DNA of 32,000 nt from positions 74,290 to 106,289 of the forward strand of contig NZ_PGGB02000001.1 of NCBI RefSeq assembly GCF_002803295.2, written 5' to 3'. Below the pieces are notes generated by a model. The model was given only the letters and a program-made list of their open reading frames with translations, searched no databases and was not told the DNA's origin. A program made the position numbers and the translations under genes. Within the stretch, counting starts at the first letter, position 1; each line of letters opens with the position of its first letter. Positions 1 to 8,586 of this stretch are shown here, piece by piece. The stretch comes from Caedibacter taeniospiralis (GTDB lineage: Bacteria > Pseudomonadota > Gammaproteobacteria > Francisellales > Francisellaceae).

Positions 1-84
1 GGCGGCAATTTATACCGCCGAGGATAGCCGATTCGATTTTGTGTATGGATATACAAAATCTATCATGAGGCCCGAGGCACCCTG
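1..84 (+). repeat. Copy A (3' terminal part, truncated by the window edge) of a repeated structured non-coding element. It ends exactly where phoR-like coding sequence resumes at 85.
   Basis: Positions 7-84 are identical to 780-857 (78/78). The stem ggcgg(1-5)/ccgcc(15-19) is also present in copy B (766-770/788-792), with a shorter loop here. Confidence 0.8.
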
Positions 85-1315
85 ATTGTTGATCAACAAG
101 GATTGCTGCAGTGGTTTAATCAGGCAGCGAGGAATTTTTTCAAGTTATCTCCCGCGCACATATCACAGGATATTTCCGAAGTATTTGAATTTCCGACCTT
201 GACCGTTTACTTGCAGCAAAAGAACATGAGCGCATTTGAGCTGCCACTGCCTAAGCGACCAGATCAGATACTGTCAGTGGTTTTAATTCCGTATGATCAA
301 CATTTTCTCTTAATTACCCAGGATGCAGGTTATCGACACCATATTGAGCGTATGCGCCAGGATTTTGTTGCCAATGTCTCCCATGAAATGCGTACGCCCT
401 TAACTGTAGTTTTTAATAGTTTGCTTAAGTATAAATTTGATTACATTATAACCTATGTAAAATTTACACGCTTAGATTAACAGACCATTTAAAGTTTAAA
501 TTTTTCTAAAACTAATATCGAGGATTAATTTGTAGCCGTTCGATTAGTCTTACTACATCTTCAATCGCTGCGAGCCATGGATAGCGGAACGCGAGGGCGA
601 GTAGACCCGGGTAGCCTTGCGCTGTTGATCAGCAAGCGACGTGCCGAAGGCGCCAGAGCGAAGTCTGTGAAAAAGCTTTTACCCAAGGCGTAGAGTAGAA
701 TCGGAAACGTGTTGTCTGTTCGGAATGAGCGTAGCGAATTTGTGAGGACAAGCACCGTTGAGGCGGGCGGCCCGGGCAAAATTTATACCGCCGAGGATAG
801 CCGATTCGATTTTGTGTATGGATATACAAAATCTATCATGAGGCCCGAGGCACCCTGTTTATTTTTCAGTTGTTCTACTGTAAGACTTTTTGAATTAGTA
901 ATTTCTTTAAGACGAATTTCTAATGTGGAACCGACAGTTTTATAGTGCTCAACTATATCTGCTTCTCGTTATGTAAAAAGTATTTTAGAAACAAATAAAT
1001 TGCTCTTTTAGCAATCTGATTATGAATGCAGTGCGTTATTCACCTCATGGTGGCGCAATTAAAGTAGTCTGGTATCAGGACAGGCATGGCAAACATTTCT
1101 ATGTTAAAGACGAAGGCGTGGGAATTGATCAACAACACATTCCTCGCCTGACCGAGCGCTTTTATCGTGTTGACAAGGGGCGATCTCCTGAAACTGGGGG
1201 GACAGGGCTTGGGCTGGCAATCGTGAAGCATGTGTTGATTGGGCACAAGGCTTCTCTGAGTATACAGAGCGAGTTGGGTAAAGGCAGTGTGTTTCGCTGC
1301 GATTTTCCAAATTAA
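85..1315 (+). pseudogene. phoR: PhoR-like sensor histidine kinase, disrupted. Segments are PAS plus H-box (85-408, frame 1), a dimerisation-helix remnant (859-1008, frame 1) and the HATPase_c domain (1010-1315, frame 2).
   Basis: Segment 1 reads IVDQQGLLQWFNQAA...RQDFVANVSHEMRTPLTV, a PAS region plus H-box resembling E. coli PhoR. A ~450-nt insertion follows. The frame-1 remnant VRLFELVISLRRISNVE contains an in-frame TAG at 943-945. A +1 shift in the T-run 1006-1009 leads to the N-box SNLIMNAVRYS, G1 DEGVGI, the F-box RFYRVD and G2 GGTGLGLAIVKH. Confidence 0.8.
409..857 (+). mobile_element. Copy B of the non-coding insertion in phoR. An AT-rich 5' part (409 to about 555) is followed by a GC-rich structured core (about 560-857). 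No ORF, no terminal inverted repeats and no obvious target duplication. Family unknown.
   Basis: It interrupts the phoR frame right after the H-box. Its 3' end is defined by identity with copy A. Hand-folded helices: 576-584/833-840 (closing), 616-620/632-636, 641-645/649-653, 654-657/664-667, 667-672/677-682, 698-704/801-807, 709-716/747-755, 766-770/788-792, and hairpin 808-833. Confidence 0.6.
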
Positions 1316-1367
1316 ACCCATTCAGTTGATTAATCAAAGTCAGTCTGTTAGCTATGCGCTTAGACGC

Positions 1368-2135
1368 TCAATTTATGGAATACTTCGTTGGCTTTGCCTG
1401 TTTAACAATTTCACCAAAGTCCTTTGCTGAAAGAGAAGCTCCCCCTATTAACCCTCCGTCCACATCAGCCAGGCTTAACAGCTCGTTGGCATTGGATGGC
1501 TTAAGACTGCCGCCATATATAATCTTGATGTCTTGAGCAAGTTCGACATGAAAGTTTGTAACGATTGAACGCAAATAGGCATGAACCTCTTGAACCTGTG
1601 ACGCGGTTGCCGCAAGTCCAGTACCAATTGCCCACACAGGTTCATAGGCAATGATCGTTTTTCTCAATTGATTCAAGGTCAATTTATCCAGCACTATTTG
1701 TAATTGATGTTTTAGCACTTCCCGTAATGTGCCAGAAGTTCTCTCACTGAGCGTTTCACCAACGCATACGATAGCACTAAGTCCTGCTTCAGTTACCTTT
1801 TTTGCTTTAAGTGCGACATCTTGATTTGTTTCTGCAAACAGTGCTCGTCGCTCTGAATGCCCAACAATAACATATTCACCATTGAAGTCCTTTAACATGC
1901 TCACACTTACTTCACCCGTATAGGCACCGTTATCATATTGACTGATATTTTGCACCCCAAGACCTATGCCTTTGATATTTTCCGCAACATAGGGCAAATA
2001 GACATGGGGCACGCATACCGCCATATCTGCATGTTGATGTGCTCTTGCCACTTGATTAAGTAACTCGCACAGACTTTTAATTGATAACAAAGAGCCATTC
2101 ATTTTCCAATTGCCAATAATAATTTGTTTTCTCAT
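1368..2135 (-). CDS. tpiA: Triosephosphate isomerase
   Basis: 255 aa. N-terminus MRKQIIIGNWKMNGS, plus VGHSERR and YEPVWAIGTG motifs. SD aggaagg lies upstream. Confidence 0.95.
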   Translation of the reverse strand: MRKQIIIGNWKMNGSLLSIKSLCELLNQVARAHQHADMAVCVPHVYLPYVAENIKGIGLGVQNISQYDNGAYTGEVSVSMLKDFNGEYVIVGHSERRALFAETNQDVALKAKKVTEAGLSAIVCVGETLSERTSGTLREVLKHQLQIVLDKLTLNQLRKTIIAYEPVWAIGTGLAATASQVQEVHAYLRSIVTNFHVELAQDIKIIYGGSLKPSNANELLSLADVDGGLIGGASLSAKDFGEIVKQAKPTKYSIN

Positions 2136-2156
2136 ATTTCCTTCCTGCTTTCACCT

Positions 2157-3485
2157 CTAGTTACTGAGCTTCTCTTTGATTTTTTCAACTAAATAATCAA
2201 CCCACTCTTTGGTTAAACTTTCTGTTTTTGCTTCCACCATCACGCGTAAAACGAGCTCCGTACCTGAAGGTCTAAGCACTACACGTCCTTCATCAGCTAA
2301 GCTTTTTTCAACAAAGCTCACATCTTCAATCAAAAGACTCATGTCATTTGCATCGAGTTTTTTATTCAATGGCACATTAACCATAAGTTGTGGCATTTTT
2401 TCAATATCTAATAACGCTGACAATGGCTTCTTGGCTTTACTTAAAATCGATAGCACTTGAAGTGCCGCCATTAGCCCATCACCCGTGGTGTTATAGCGTA
2501 GATCAATGATATGCCCTGAAGACTCGCCACCAAGCATCCAGTCATTTTCCAATAAAAGCTCCATCACATAACGATCGCCCACTTTCGCACGCTTAAAAGG
2601 CAAACCCCGTTGTACAAGTGCCTGCTCTATCGCAAGATTGGTCATCACTGTGCCAACAACACCAGAGCTGTAATCACCATGCGTTGCCAGAAGCAATAAG
2701 ATATCATCACCGTCAACGATGCACCCTGTTTCATCGATAAGCATAATGCGATCACCATCCCCATCAAAAGCAATGCCTAAATCCGCTTGTCCATCTACCA
2801 CCGCAGTTTTTAGGCGATTCAAATGCACTGCCCCACAATCTTTATTGATATTTAACCCATCAGGTGATGAGGCAATTTCAACAATATCAAGACCCAAACG
2901 CGATAATAACGCATTTGCGACTCTAAATAGTGCGCCATTAGCACAATCCACAATAATCTTCCTGCCATGTAAGTCAATTTTATCGGCAAAATGAGATAAA
3001 CACTGCTCGATATAGGACTCAACCTGATTAATCTGGTTAAAAATCTCGCCAAATTTACCTTCTGGCTGATAATAAAACTCCTGATCGATACACCGTTCAA
3101 TTTGATACTCAACCTCATCAGGTAACTTATGTCCTTCATGTGAAAAAAGCTTTATACCGTTATCGTAATAGGGGTTATGTGATGCACTTAAGACAACCCC
3201 AGCCCCTGCTTTTAACCTCTTCACCATAAAGGCAACTACTGGCGTTGGAATGATGCCCAGGTTAATGACATTGACTCCTGTAGCGGTGATCCCCGCAACA
3301 AAAGCAGATTTCAGCATATCAGAAGATCGTCTGGTATCCTGCCCAATGACAACCGTTAATGGTAAACCCTGGTCACGCAATGTACATCCCACAGCATTTC
3401 CCAGTTTCATTGCAAACTCAGGCGTAATGGGATTTACCCCGACCTTGCCACGCACCCCATCCGTGCCAAAATATTTTCTTGCCAT
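2157..3485 (-). CDS. glmM: Phosphoglucosamine mutase
   Basis: 442 aa. N-terminus MARKYFGTDGVRG, active-site SASHNP, and the DGDGDR metal loop. Conserved glmM-tpiA order. Confidence 0.95.
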   Translation of the reverse strand: MARKYFGTDGVRGKVGVNPITPEFAMKLGNAVGCTLRDQGLPLTVVIGQDTRRSSDMLKSAFVAGITATGVNVINLGIIPTPVVAFMVKRLKAGAGVVLSASHNPYYDNGIKLFSHEGHKLPDEVEYQIERCIDQEFYYQPEGKFGEIFNQINQVESYIEQCLSHFADKIDLHGRKIIVDCANGALFRVANALLSRLGLDIVEIASSPDGLNINKDCGAVHLNRLKTAVVDGQADLGIAFDGDGDRIMLIDETGCIVDGDDILLLLATHGDYSSGVVGTVMTNLAIEQALVQRGLPFKRAKVGDRYVMELLLENDWMLGGESSGHIIDLRYNTTGDGLMAALQVLSILSKAKKPLSALLDIEKMPQLMVNVPLNKKLDANDMSLLIEDVSFVEKSLADEGRVVLRPSGTELVLRVMVEAKTESLTKEWVDYLVEKIKEKLSN

Positions 3486-3674
3486 GTTCTCTCATTATTT
3501 TAAATTTCAAACGCCTGACATTATGCACACCTTAAGAAAAATGGTTAAGTGGTTTTTAGTGAAAAACGCATACCCATTTCATATCACACTTGTTACAATA
3601 CTGGCGATTTTCAACAAGCACTGAATGCTTTGCAATCGTTTTAAAAGTGTATAGACAAACTAAGGGATAGAATA

Positions 3675-4643
3675 ATGGATCGCAATTTAGCACTAGAAAC
3701 TGTTCGTGTCACCGAAGCTGCCGCTTTATCTGCCTGGCGCCAAATGGGTCGAGGCGATGAAAAAGCTGCCGACCAGGTTGCCGTCGACGCAATGCGCCGC
3801 GCCTTAAATGGTCTTAATATCGATGGCACCGTTGTTATTGGCGAAGGCGAGCGTGATGAGGCTCCCATGCTTTATATCGGTGAAAAAGTTGGCAAAGGCG
3901 GACCCAAGGTTGATATTGCCCTGGACCCACTAGAAGGCACAACCATCACTGCCAAAGGCGGACCCAATGCACTTGCTGTGATCGCCATGGCAGAGGATGG
4001 TGGATTCTTAAACGCTCCTGATGTCTACATGGAAAAAATTGCGGTTGGTGGGCATGGCATTCCTTATGATCTTATCGATATTAACGCAACTCCTCATGAG
4101 AATTTAAAGCGATTAGCTCAGTTTAAAGGAGTCCCGCTTGAGGCACTTGTGGTTTGCATTTTAGATCGCCCGCGCCACGAGGAGATTATTCGTAAAGTTC
4201 GCGAAGCGGGTGCGCGCATCGCCCTTATTGGTGATGGCGATGTCTCAGCCGTCATCGCAACGGCACACGAAGATAGCGGTATTGATATGTACATGGGGAC
4301 AGGGGGGGCACCTGAGGGGGTGCTTGCTGCCGCCGCACTACGGTGTTTAGGGGGGCAAATGCAGGGGCGCCTTATTTTTAGGAATGATGACGAAAAATCA
4401 CGCGCCAAGAAATGGGGAATTACCAATTTAAATAAAGTATATCATTTAACCGATTTAGCCTCGGGGAATGTGCTTTTTACCGCAACTGGTGTCACTGACG
4501 GACAAATGCTTAAAGGAGTTAAGCGCAAGGGTCTGTTTGCTAAAACACACAGCTTAGTTATGCGCTCAGTTTCAGGAACGATCCGTCACATCGAAGCCGA
4601 ACATAATTTCAACTTCAAGAAAGGATTTGAATATCTAGGCTAA
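3675..4643 (+). CDS. glpX: Fructose-1,6-bisphosphatase class II (GlpX type)
   Basis: 322 aa. RVTEAAAL...GRGDEKAAD...IDGTVVIGEGERDEAPMLYIGEKVG closely matches the GlpX N-terminus. Confidence 0.93.
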   Translation: MDRNLALETVRVTEAAALSAWRQMGRGDEKAADQVAVDAMRRALNGLNIDGTVVIGEGERDEAPMLYIGEKVGKGGPKVDIALDPLEGTTITAKGGPNALAVIAMAEDGGFLNAPDVYMEKIAVGGHGIPYDLIDINATPHENLKRLAQFKGVPLEALVVCILDRPRHEEIIRKVREAGARIALIGDGDVSAVIATAHEDSGIDMYMGTGGAPEGVLAAAALRCLGGQMQGRLIFRNDDEKSRAKKWGITNLNKVYHLTDLASGNVLFTATGVTDGQMLKGVKRKGLFAKTHSLVMRSVSGTIRHIEAEHNFNFKKGFEYLG

Positions 4644-4658
4644 GGGCTAAGGTAAAGC

Positions 4659-5531
4659 ATGCTCTCACACAAACAACTGACTGTTTTTACTGCCATTGCT
4701 GAGCATGGCAGCATCACCAAAGCATCAGAAAGCCTCAATTTGACACAACCTGCTTTAAGCTCGGCACTTTCTAGCCTTGAGAGTGAACTTGGCGTCAGGC
4801 TCTTTGATAGAATTGACCGCAAAATTGTGCTCAACCATAATGGTGAACTTCTTTATCCCAAGGTTATGCAGCTACTTGAAGACACTGCCAAAATCCAAAA
4901 CTTCTTCAATCACGAGCAAACGCTAACGGGCAGCATTCACATTGCCGCAAGTAACACCATTGGTAATTATATTTTGCCGCCATTGATGGCAAGCTTCAAA
5001 GAAAAGCATCCTGACACACAGCTTGCATTATCTATCGGTAACAGCGAGCAAGTCATTGAGTCCGTTGTTGGACACCAGGCTGATATTGGCTTTATTGAGA
5101 CTCCCTGCTTAAATAACCAGATCAATAGTTTTGCTTTTGCCAAAGATCAATTAGTATTATTTGTTCGTCACGGACATCCTCTGGCTAAACAAAAAATCGT
5201 CAGTGTTGGCGAGCTGAAACAGCACCCCTTTATTCTGCGTGAAAAAGGCTCTGGCAGCCGAACTGTTGTCGAACAAATACTGCTTCCGTTATTGAACTAT
5301 CAATTAAATCTATTTTTAGAGCTTGGTAGTAGCGGCGCAATATGCCTTGCAACTGAGCGCAGTGACGCCATAGGCTGCGTCTTGGCTTCAGCCTTGCAAA
5401 ATCAGAAAACCATTCATGTTTTGAATTGCCCAGAGATAAGACTGGAAAGGGATTTTTTCGTTGTCCAAAACAGACGCGCGCACATCTCCGAGCTTACTGA
5501 GGAATGGCTGGACTGGGTGATCAATAAATAA
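4659..5531 (+). CDS. LysR-family transcriptional regulator
   Basis: 290 aa. N-terminal wHTH (LTVFTAIAEHGSITKASESLNLTQPALSSALSSLESELGVRLFDR) followed by a LysR substrate-binding fold. Confidence 0.9.
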   Translation: MLSHKQLTVFTAIAEHGSITKASESLNLTQPALSSALSSLESELGVRLFDRIDRKIVLNHNGELLYPKVMQLLEDTAKIQNFFNHEQTLTGSIHIAASNTIGNYILPPLMASFKEKHPDTQLALSIGNSEQVIESVVGHQADIGFIETPCLNNQINSFAFAKDQLVLFVRHGHPLAKQKIVSVGELKQHPFILREKGSGSRTVVEQILLPLLNYQLNLFLELGSSGAICLATERSDAIGCVLASALQNQKTIHVLNCPEIRLERDFFVVQNRRAHISELTEEWLDWVINK

Positions 5532-5670
5532 TTTCAATCCATGACATAAATTCTACGTACTTTTATTTATTTATAAAACCCTGTAAATTATCCGAAAATA
5601 AAGCGGCAACTGAGTCTATATCAAGTTCCTTTTAGCTTAAATCAATCATTGAAGTCAGGTGTACTGTATT

Positions 5671-6669
5671 ATGAAACAAAGATTACACGCAATACTCGAA
5701 AAAGTGCCAACGCCAATGGCAGGTTTAGCACTTGGCATTTCAGGTCTGGGTTGGTCTGCTGACAATGCGTTGCCTACAAATAACACACTACAAATAACCT
5801 CCGCTGCAATAGCTTTTGTATTACTTCTACTGGTTACCGCAAAATTCATCATTTGGCCACAAAAACTACGCGATGACCTGGCTCATCCAGTTGTTGGCAG
5901 TGTTGTCCCAACCTTTGCTATGGCGCTAATGATCATCTCAAACAGCATCAACTACTTTAATCACCTGGCAGCGGAACTTATCTGGTTATTTGCCGTTAGC
6001 ATCCATCTGCTGTTTTTGGCAACTTTTATTTATCACCGCATGAAAGAATTTAAACTCCATCACATGGTGCCATCGTGGTTCGTTCCCCCTGTTGGAATTA
6101 TTGTTGCTGATGTCGCCTTTCCAGGCGGTGCCCTGCAGCCACTTGCGATTGCTTTACTTTATTTCGGATTAATCAGTTATGCAATTTTACTGCCTTTAAT
6201 GCTCTATCGAATCATGTTCACTCATGAGATCCCTGATGCGGCGAAACCGACTATCGCTATTTTTGCTGCTCCCGCGAGCTTGTCGCTAGCGGGCTACCTA
6301 AATGTTGTACGCGATCCATCCCCTCTTATTGTGATGCTCTTATTGGGTATTGCTATCTTAATGACTGTAATGATTTATCTTAGCTTTATTAAACTGATGA
6401 GCCTTCCTTTTAGTCCAGGATTTGCAGCATTCACCTTCCCTCTGGCGATTGGCTCCACAGCACTATTTAAGACAGCTCACTGGGCGGAAAACGCTTTACA
6501 ACTTGCACCACAGACCAGCAGCCAAATTCACTACCTGGCGATTTTTGAGTTAATGATTGCTGCTTCGGTTATTGGTTATGTTGCCTGGAAATACTTTTAT
6601 CACTTGGTGCTTGAGAATATTTTGCCAGATAAATGCCTACAAATTGAGAAACCCATATTCCCATTGTAA
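5671..6669 (+). CDS. TDT-family (TehA/Mae1/SLAC1-like) anion or C4-dicarboxylate transporter
   Basis: About 10 predicted TM helices with a TehA-like pattern. ATG 5671 has aggtg 10 nt upstream. The ORF track starts at GTG 5659. Confidence 0.72.
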   Translation: MKQRLHAILEKVPTPMAGLALGISGLGWSADNALPTNNTLQITSAAIAFVLLLLVTAKFIIWPQKLRDDLAHPVVGSVVPTFAMALMIISNSINYFNHLAAELIWLFAVSIHLLFLATFIYHRMKEFKLHHMVPSWFVPPVGIIVADVAFPGGALQPLAIALLYFGLISYAILLPLMLYRIMFTHEIPDAAKPTIAIFAAPASLSLAGYLNVVRDPSPLIVMLLLGIAILMTVMIYLSFIKLMSLPFSPGFAAFTFPLAIGSTALFKTAHWAENALQLAPQTSSQIHYLAIFELMIAASVIGYVAWKYFYHLVLENILPDKCLQIEKPIFPL

Positions 6670-6723
6670 AGCTGGGGGTTGTCGATGGGTGCATTCCAAA
6701 GTCTTCACGTTTTTTGATTTACC

Positions 6724-7206
6724 TTACGAAATCGAAACACCTTTTTCAAAAGTCGCTTTACTTTGCATAAAAAGAGAAAGGCTGTCATCGCGACCTGTGG
6801 AAACGTCTGTTTTTGCCGACGCCTCGTCAAAAGCATTATTAAATGCTTTTGCTGTATATGCGTTTTGAGCTAAAAAGACTTTGAGATTTTGAGAGCCACT
6901 GTCAACTAAATAATGATCCCTTAAGCCTTGCATGGTCGTTGAAAATTCTTTTGGATTCGACTCCAGTGTGTCCACAAAGGCTTTAAACTGCTCAAATGTT
7001 TTGTTGCTTGCTGCCATAGGGGATAATGTAAACCACGCCACAAAAGCATCATCTTTTTGAATGCCTTTATCCACCAGGGTTTGTACAAATCCTGACTCTT
7101 TAGTTAAAAGAAATTGCTCCATGTTTTCAATTCTACTTGCAGTATTCAGCTTTTCTTTTCTTAATTCTTGTAATTTTGACTCTACTTTTTCAATATTAAC
7201 GCTCAT
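6724..7206 (-). CDS. Hypothetical protein, 160 aa. Predicted helical, with no signal peptide and no recognisable family.
   Basis: Intact ORF with SD aaggga 8-9 nt upstream of the ATG. No motif recognised. Confidence 0.6.
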   Translation of the reverse strand: MSVNIEKVESKLQELRKEKLNTASRIENMEQFLLTKESGFVQTLVDKGIQKDDAFVAWFTLSPMAASNKTFEQFKAFVDTLESNPKEFSTTMQGLRDHYLVDSGSQNLKVFLAQNAYTAKAFNNAFDEASAKTDVSTGRDDSLSLFMQSKATFEKGVSIS

Positions 7207-7470
7207 TCTTGTTATCCCTTAAATTAATTTGGCTATGTTAGCGTTATTTCGTGGAAATCTACTCTCATTTTTACAACCTGTATGGTTAGCTGCGACTATA
7301 TTTCCCACCCACTCTACGCTAACAGGGTCATTAAGTTTTAATTGTTACTGTTTTTGCAAAGCATCTGTACTGATGCCTGGCACTAAAGTTACTCTTATTT
7401 ACTTAGAGTTACAATATTTGGCAATTCTATCGGACAATTTGATTGGTTTAGACTACGCTACAGCGTTTTA

Positions 7471-8586
7471 TTAGATCTCAAAACATTGTGTCATGACTTT
7501 TAACACTTCATCGCCTTCGTGTACGGTTGCCGATGAGGTGCGAGTCAATAATAAAGCTTCTTGTGCCAAGGTCAAAACTTGTGGTTCAGCTAAAGCTAAA
7601 ATACTGCTTTTATCATATACAGTCGCAAGTGGAGTATTGGGCTTTTGCAAGCCACCTAACAGGTGATCGGCATAAGCCACCATCCCTCCCATCGGCGCTC
7701 TAATACGAAAAAAGTCGCGCTCAAGGCAGGCATACTGCGGCATATGAGGTTTCGCTATGTCAGTATTTTTAATATAGGCGATGATGCCTTTAAGCAAGGT
7801 TTCAGCATTTCCTAAGTCAAAACTCTCTTTATTCCCCATCTCATAGGTGAACGCATGTTTTGGTGGTACTTTGTTTTCGCCTGTGAGATTATTCCAACAC
7901 TCGGTCAGCTGCCACCAGGGATAAAAAATAGCCTGGTTAAAACAGCCACTTGGCTCATTGGGGGTCAAAATAAACGCATTGCTGTTAAAATGTCTTAAGC
8001 GTTCATCTTGCAAATAGTTAGGGGCATAGATATATGGCACTGAAATGGAATCACAGTGCAAATCAAAGCTAAAATCAGCATTTAGCGCCAGATGGTGCAG
8101 GATATTGGCAAGCTTCTCATACGGTGCATTATCGTGCTGAAAGCAGGTGTTCAAACGCTCTCTTAACAAAGCTAAAAACCGCTCACACAGCACCACAAAC
8201 CCCTGTTTTTGATGCGCTTTAACAAAGGCATCTAAATCAATTGCAGGCAACTTGCCATAGGGCATCAGCAGATTTTTAAATCCGCGATTCCAATTCTCAC
8301 CCGTTTTGGCATCAAAGCGCCCATAGGTGTACTCACCAATTTTGATATCCATCGCAAACGGATTAGCAAACGGCACTAAGGTCACATTGTAGGGAAAATC
8401 ATGCGTCTCTAAATATTGCCGCAGTAGATAAATCAAGGCAATGCCATTGCTTTCAGCAGCATGCAATGCCGCTTGCATGTAAATATTCGCCTTGGCCTTA
8501 GGGTGTCTATATTCCATGACACTGAGGCTATGGGTTAATCCTGAAATAGTTGTTCTAAAAGGAATTTCTCTAATTTGTATCATCAT
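7471..8586 (-). CDS. Succinylglutamate desuccinylase/aspartoacylase (AstE/AspA, M14-like) family zinc deacylase
   Basis: 371 aa. Contains an HxxE-type motif (LHAAESNG) and a later DLHCD motif typical of the family. Its start overlaps the dapF stop (ATGA). Confidence 0.7.
   Translation of the reverse strand: MMIQIREIPFRTTISGLTHSLSVMEYRHPKAKANIYMQAALHAAESNGIALIYLLRQYLETHDFPYNVTLVPFANPFAMDIKIGEYTYGRFDAKTGENWNRGFKNLLMPYGKLPAIDLDAFVKAHQKQGFVVLCERFLALLRERLNTCFQHDNAPYEKLANILHHLALNADFSFDLHCDSISVPYIYAPNYLQDERLRHFNSNAFILTPNEPSGCFNQAIFYPWWQLTECWNNLTGENKVPPKHAFTYEMGNKESFDLGNAETLLKGIIAYIKNTDIAKPHMPQYACLERDFFRIRAPMGGMVAYADHLLGGLQKPNTPLATVYDKSSILALAEPQVLTLAQEALLLTRTSSATVHEGDEVLKVMTQCFEI

Noticed and set aside
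409-857. Assigning the phoR insertion to group II or group I introns
   Set aside because: There is no GUGYG-like 5' end and no domain V-like 34-nt hairpin with an AGC triad. Only a weak resemblance (ggcGUAGAGUAGAAUCGG) to a group I R-like element is present. No convincing P1 with a G.U pair at the 5' junction could be built. The exon is not restored after 857. The element is left unclassified rather than called an intron.
561-945. ORF-track entries 561..779(-), 629..829(-) and 709..945(+) lying across the phoR insertion
   Set aside because: They run through the repeated GC-rich structured element and have no SD or protein motifs. The tail of 709..945 (859-945) is just the phoR remnant frame. 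These are treated as non-coding.
788-973. A stop-to-stop minus-strand reading (READIVEHYKTVGSTLEIRLKEITNSK...) that looked like a fragment of a transposase or regulator next to the element
   Set aside because: It has no start codon, and it is the antisense of the recognisable phoR dimerisation-helix remnant (VRLFELVISLRRISNVE on the + strand).
3250-3624. 124-aa + strand ORF overlapping the glmM 5' end and the glmM/glpX divergent promoter region
   Set aside because: It is mostly antisense to glmM and has no ribosome-binding site.
6950-6975. A T-loop-like ggattcgactcc string suggesting a tRNA
   Set aside because: Only a 4-bp stem with a 6-nt loop can form, no acceptor or anticodon arms can be built, and it lies inside a CDS.
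7229-7474. 81-aa + strand ORF in the spacer upstream of the 160-aa hypothetical gene
   Set aside because: It has no SD and low-complexity hydrophobic composition, and it occupies the probable terminator and promoter region between two minus-strand transcription units.
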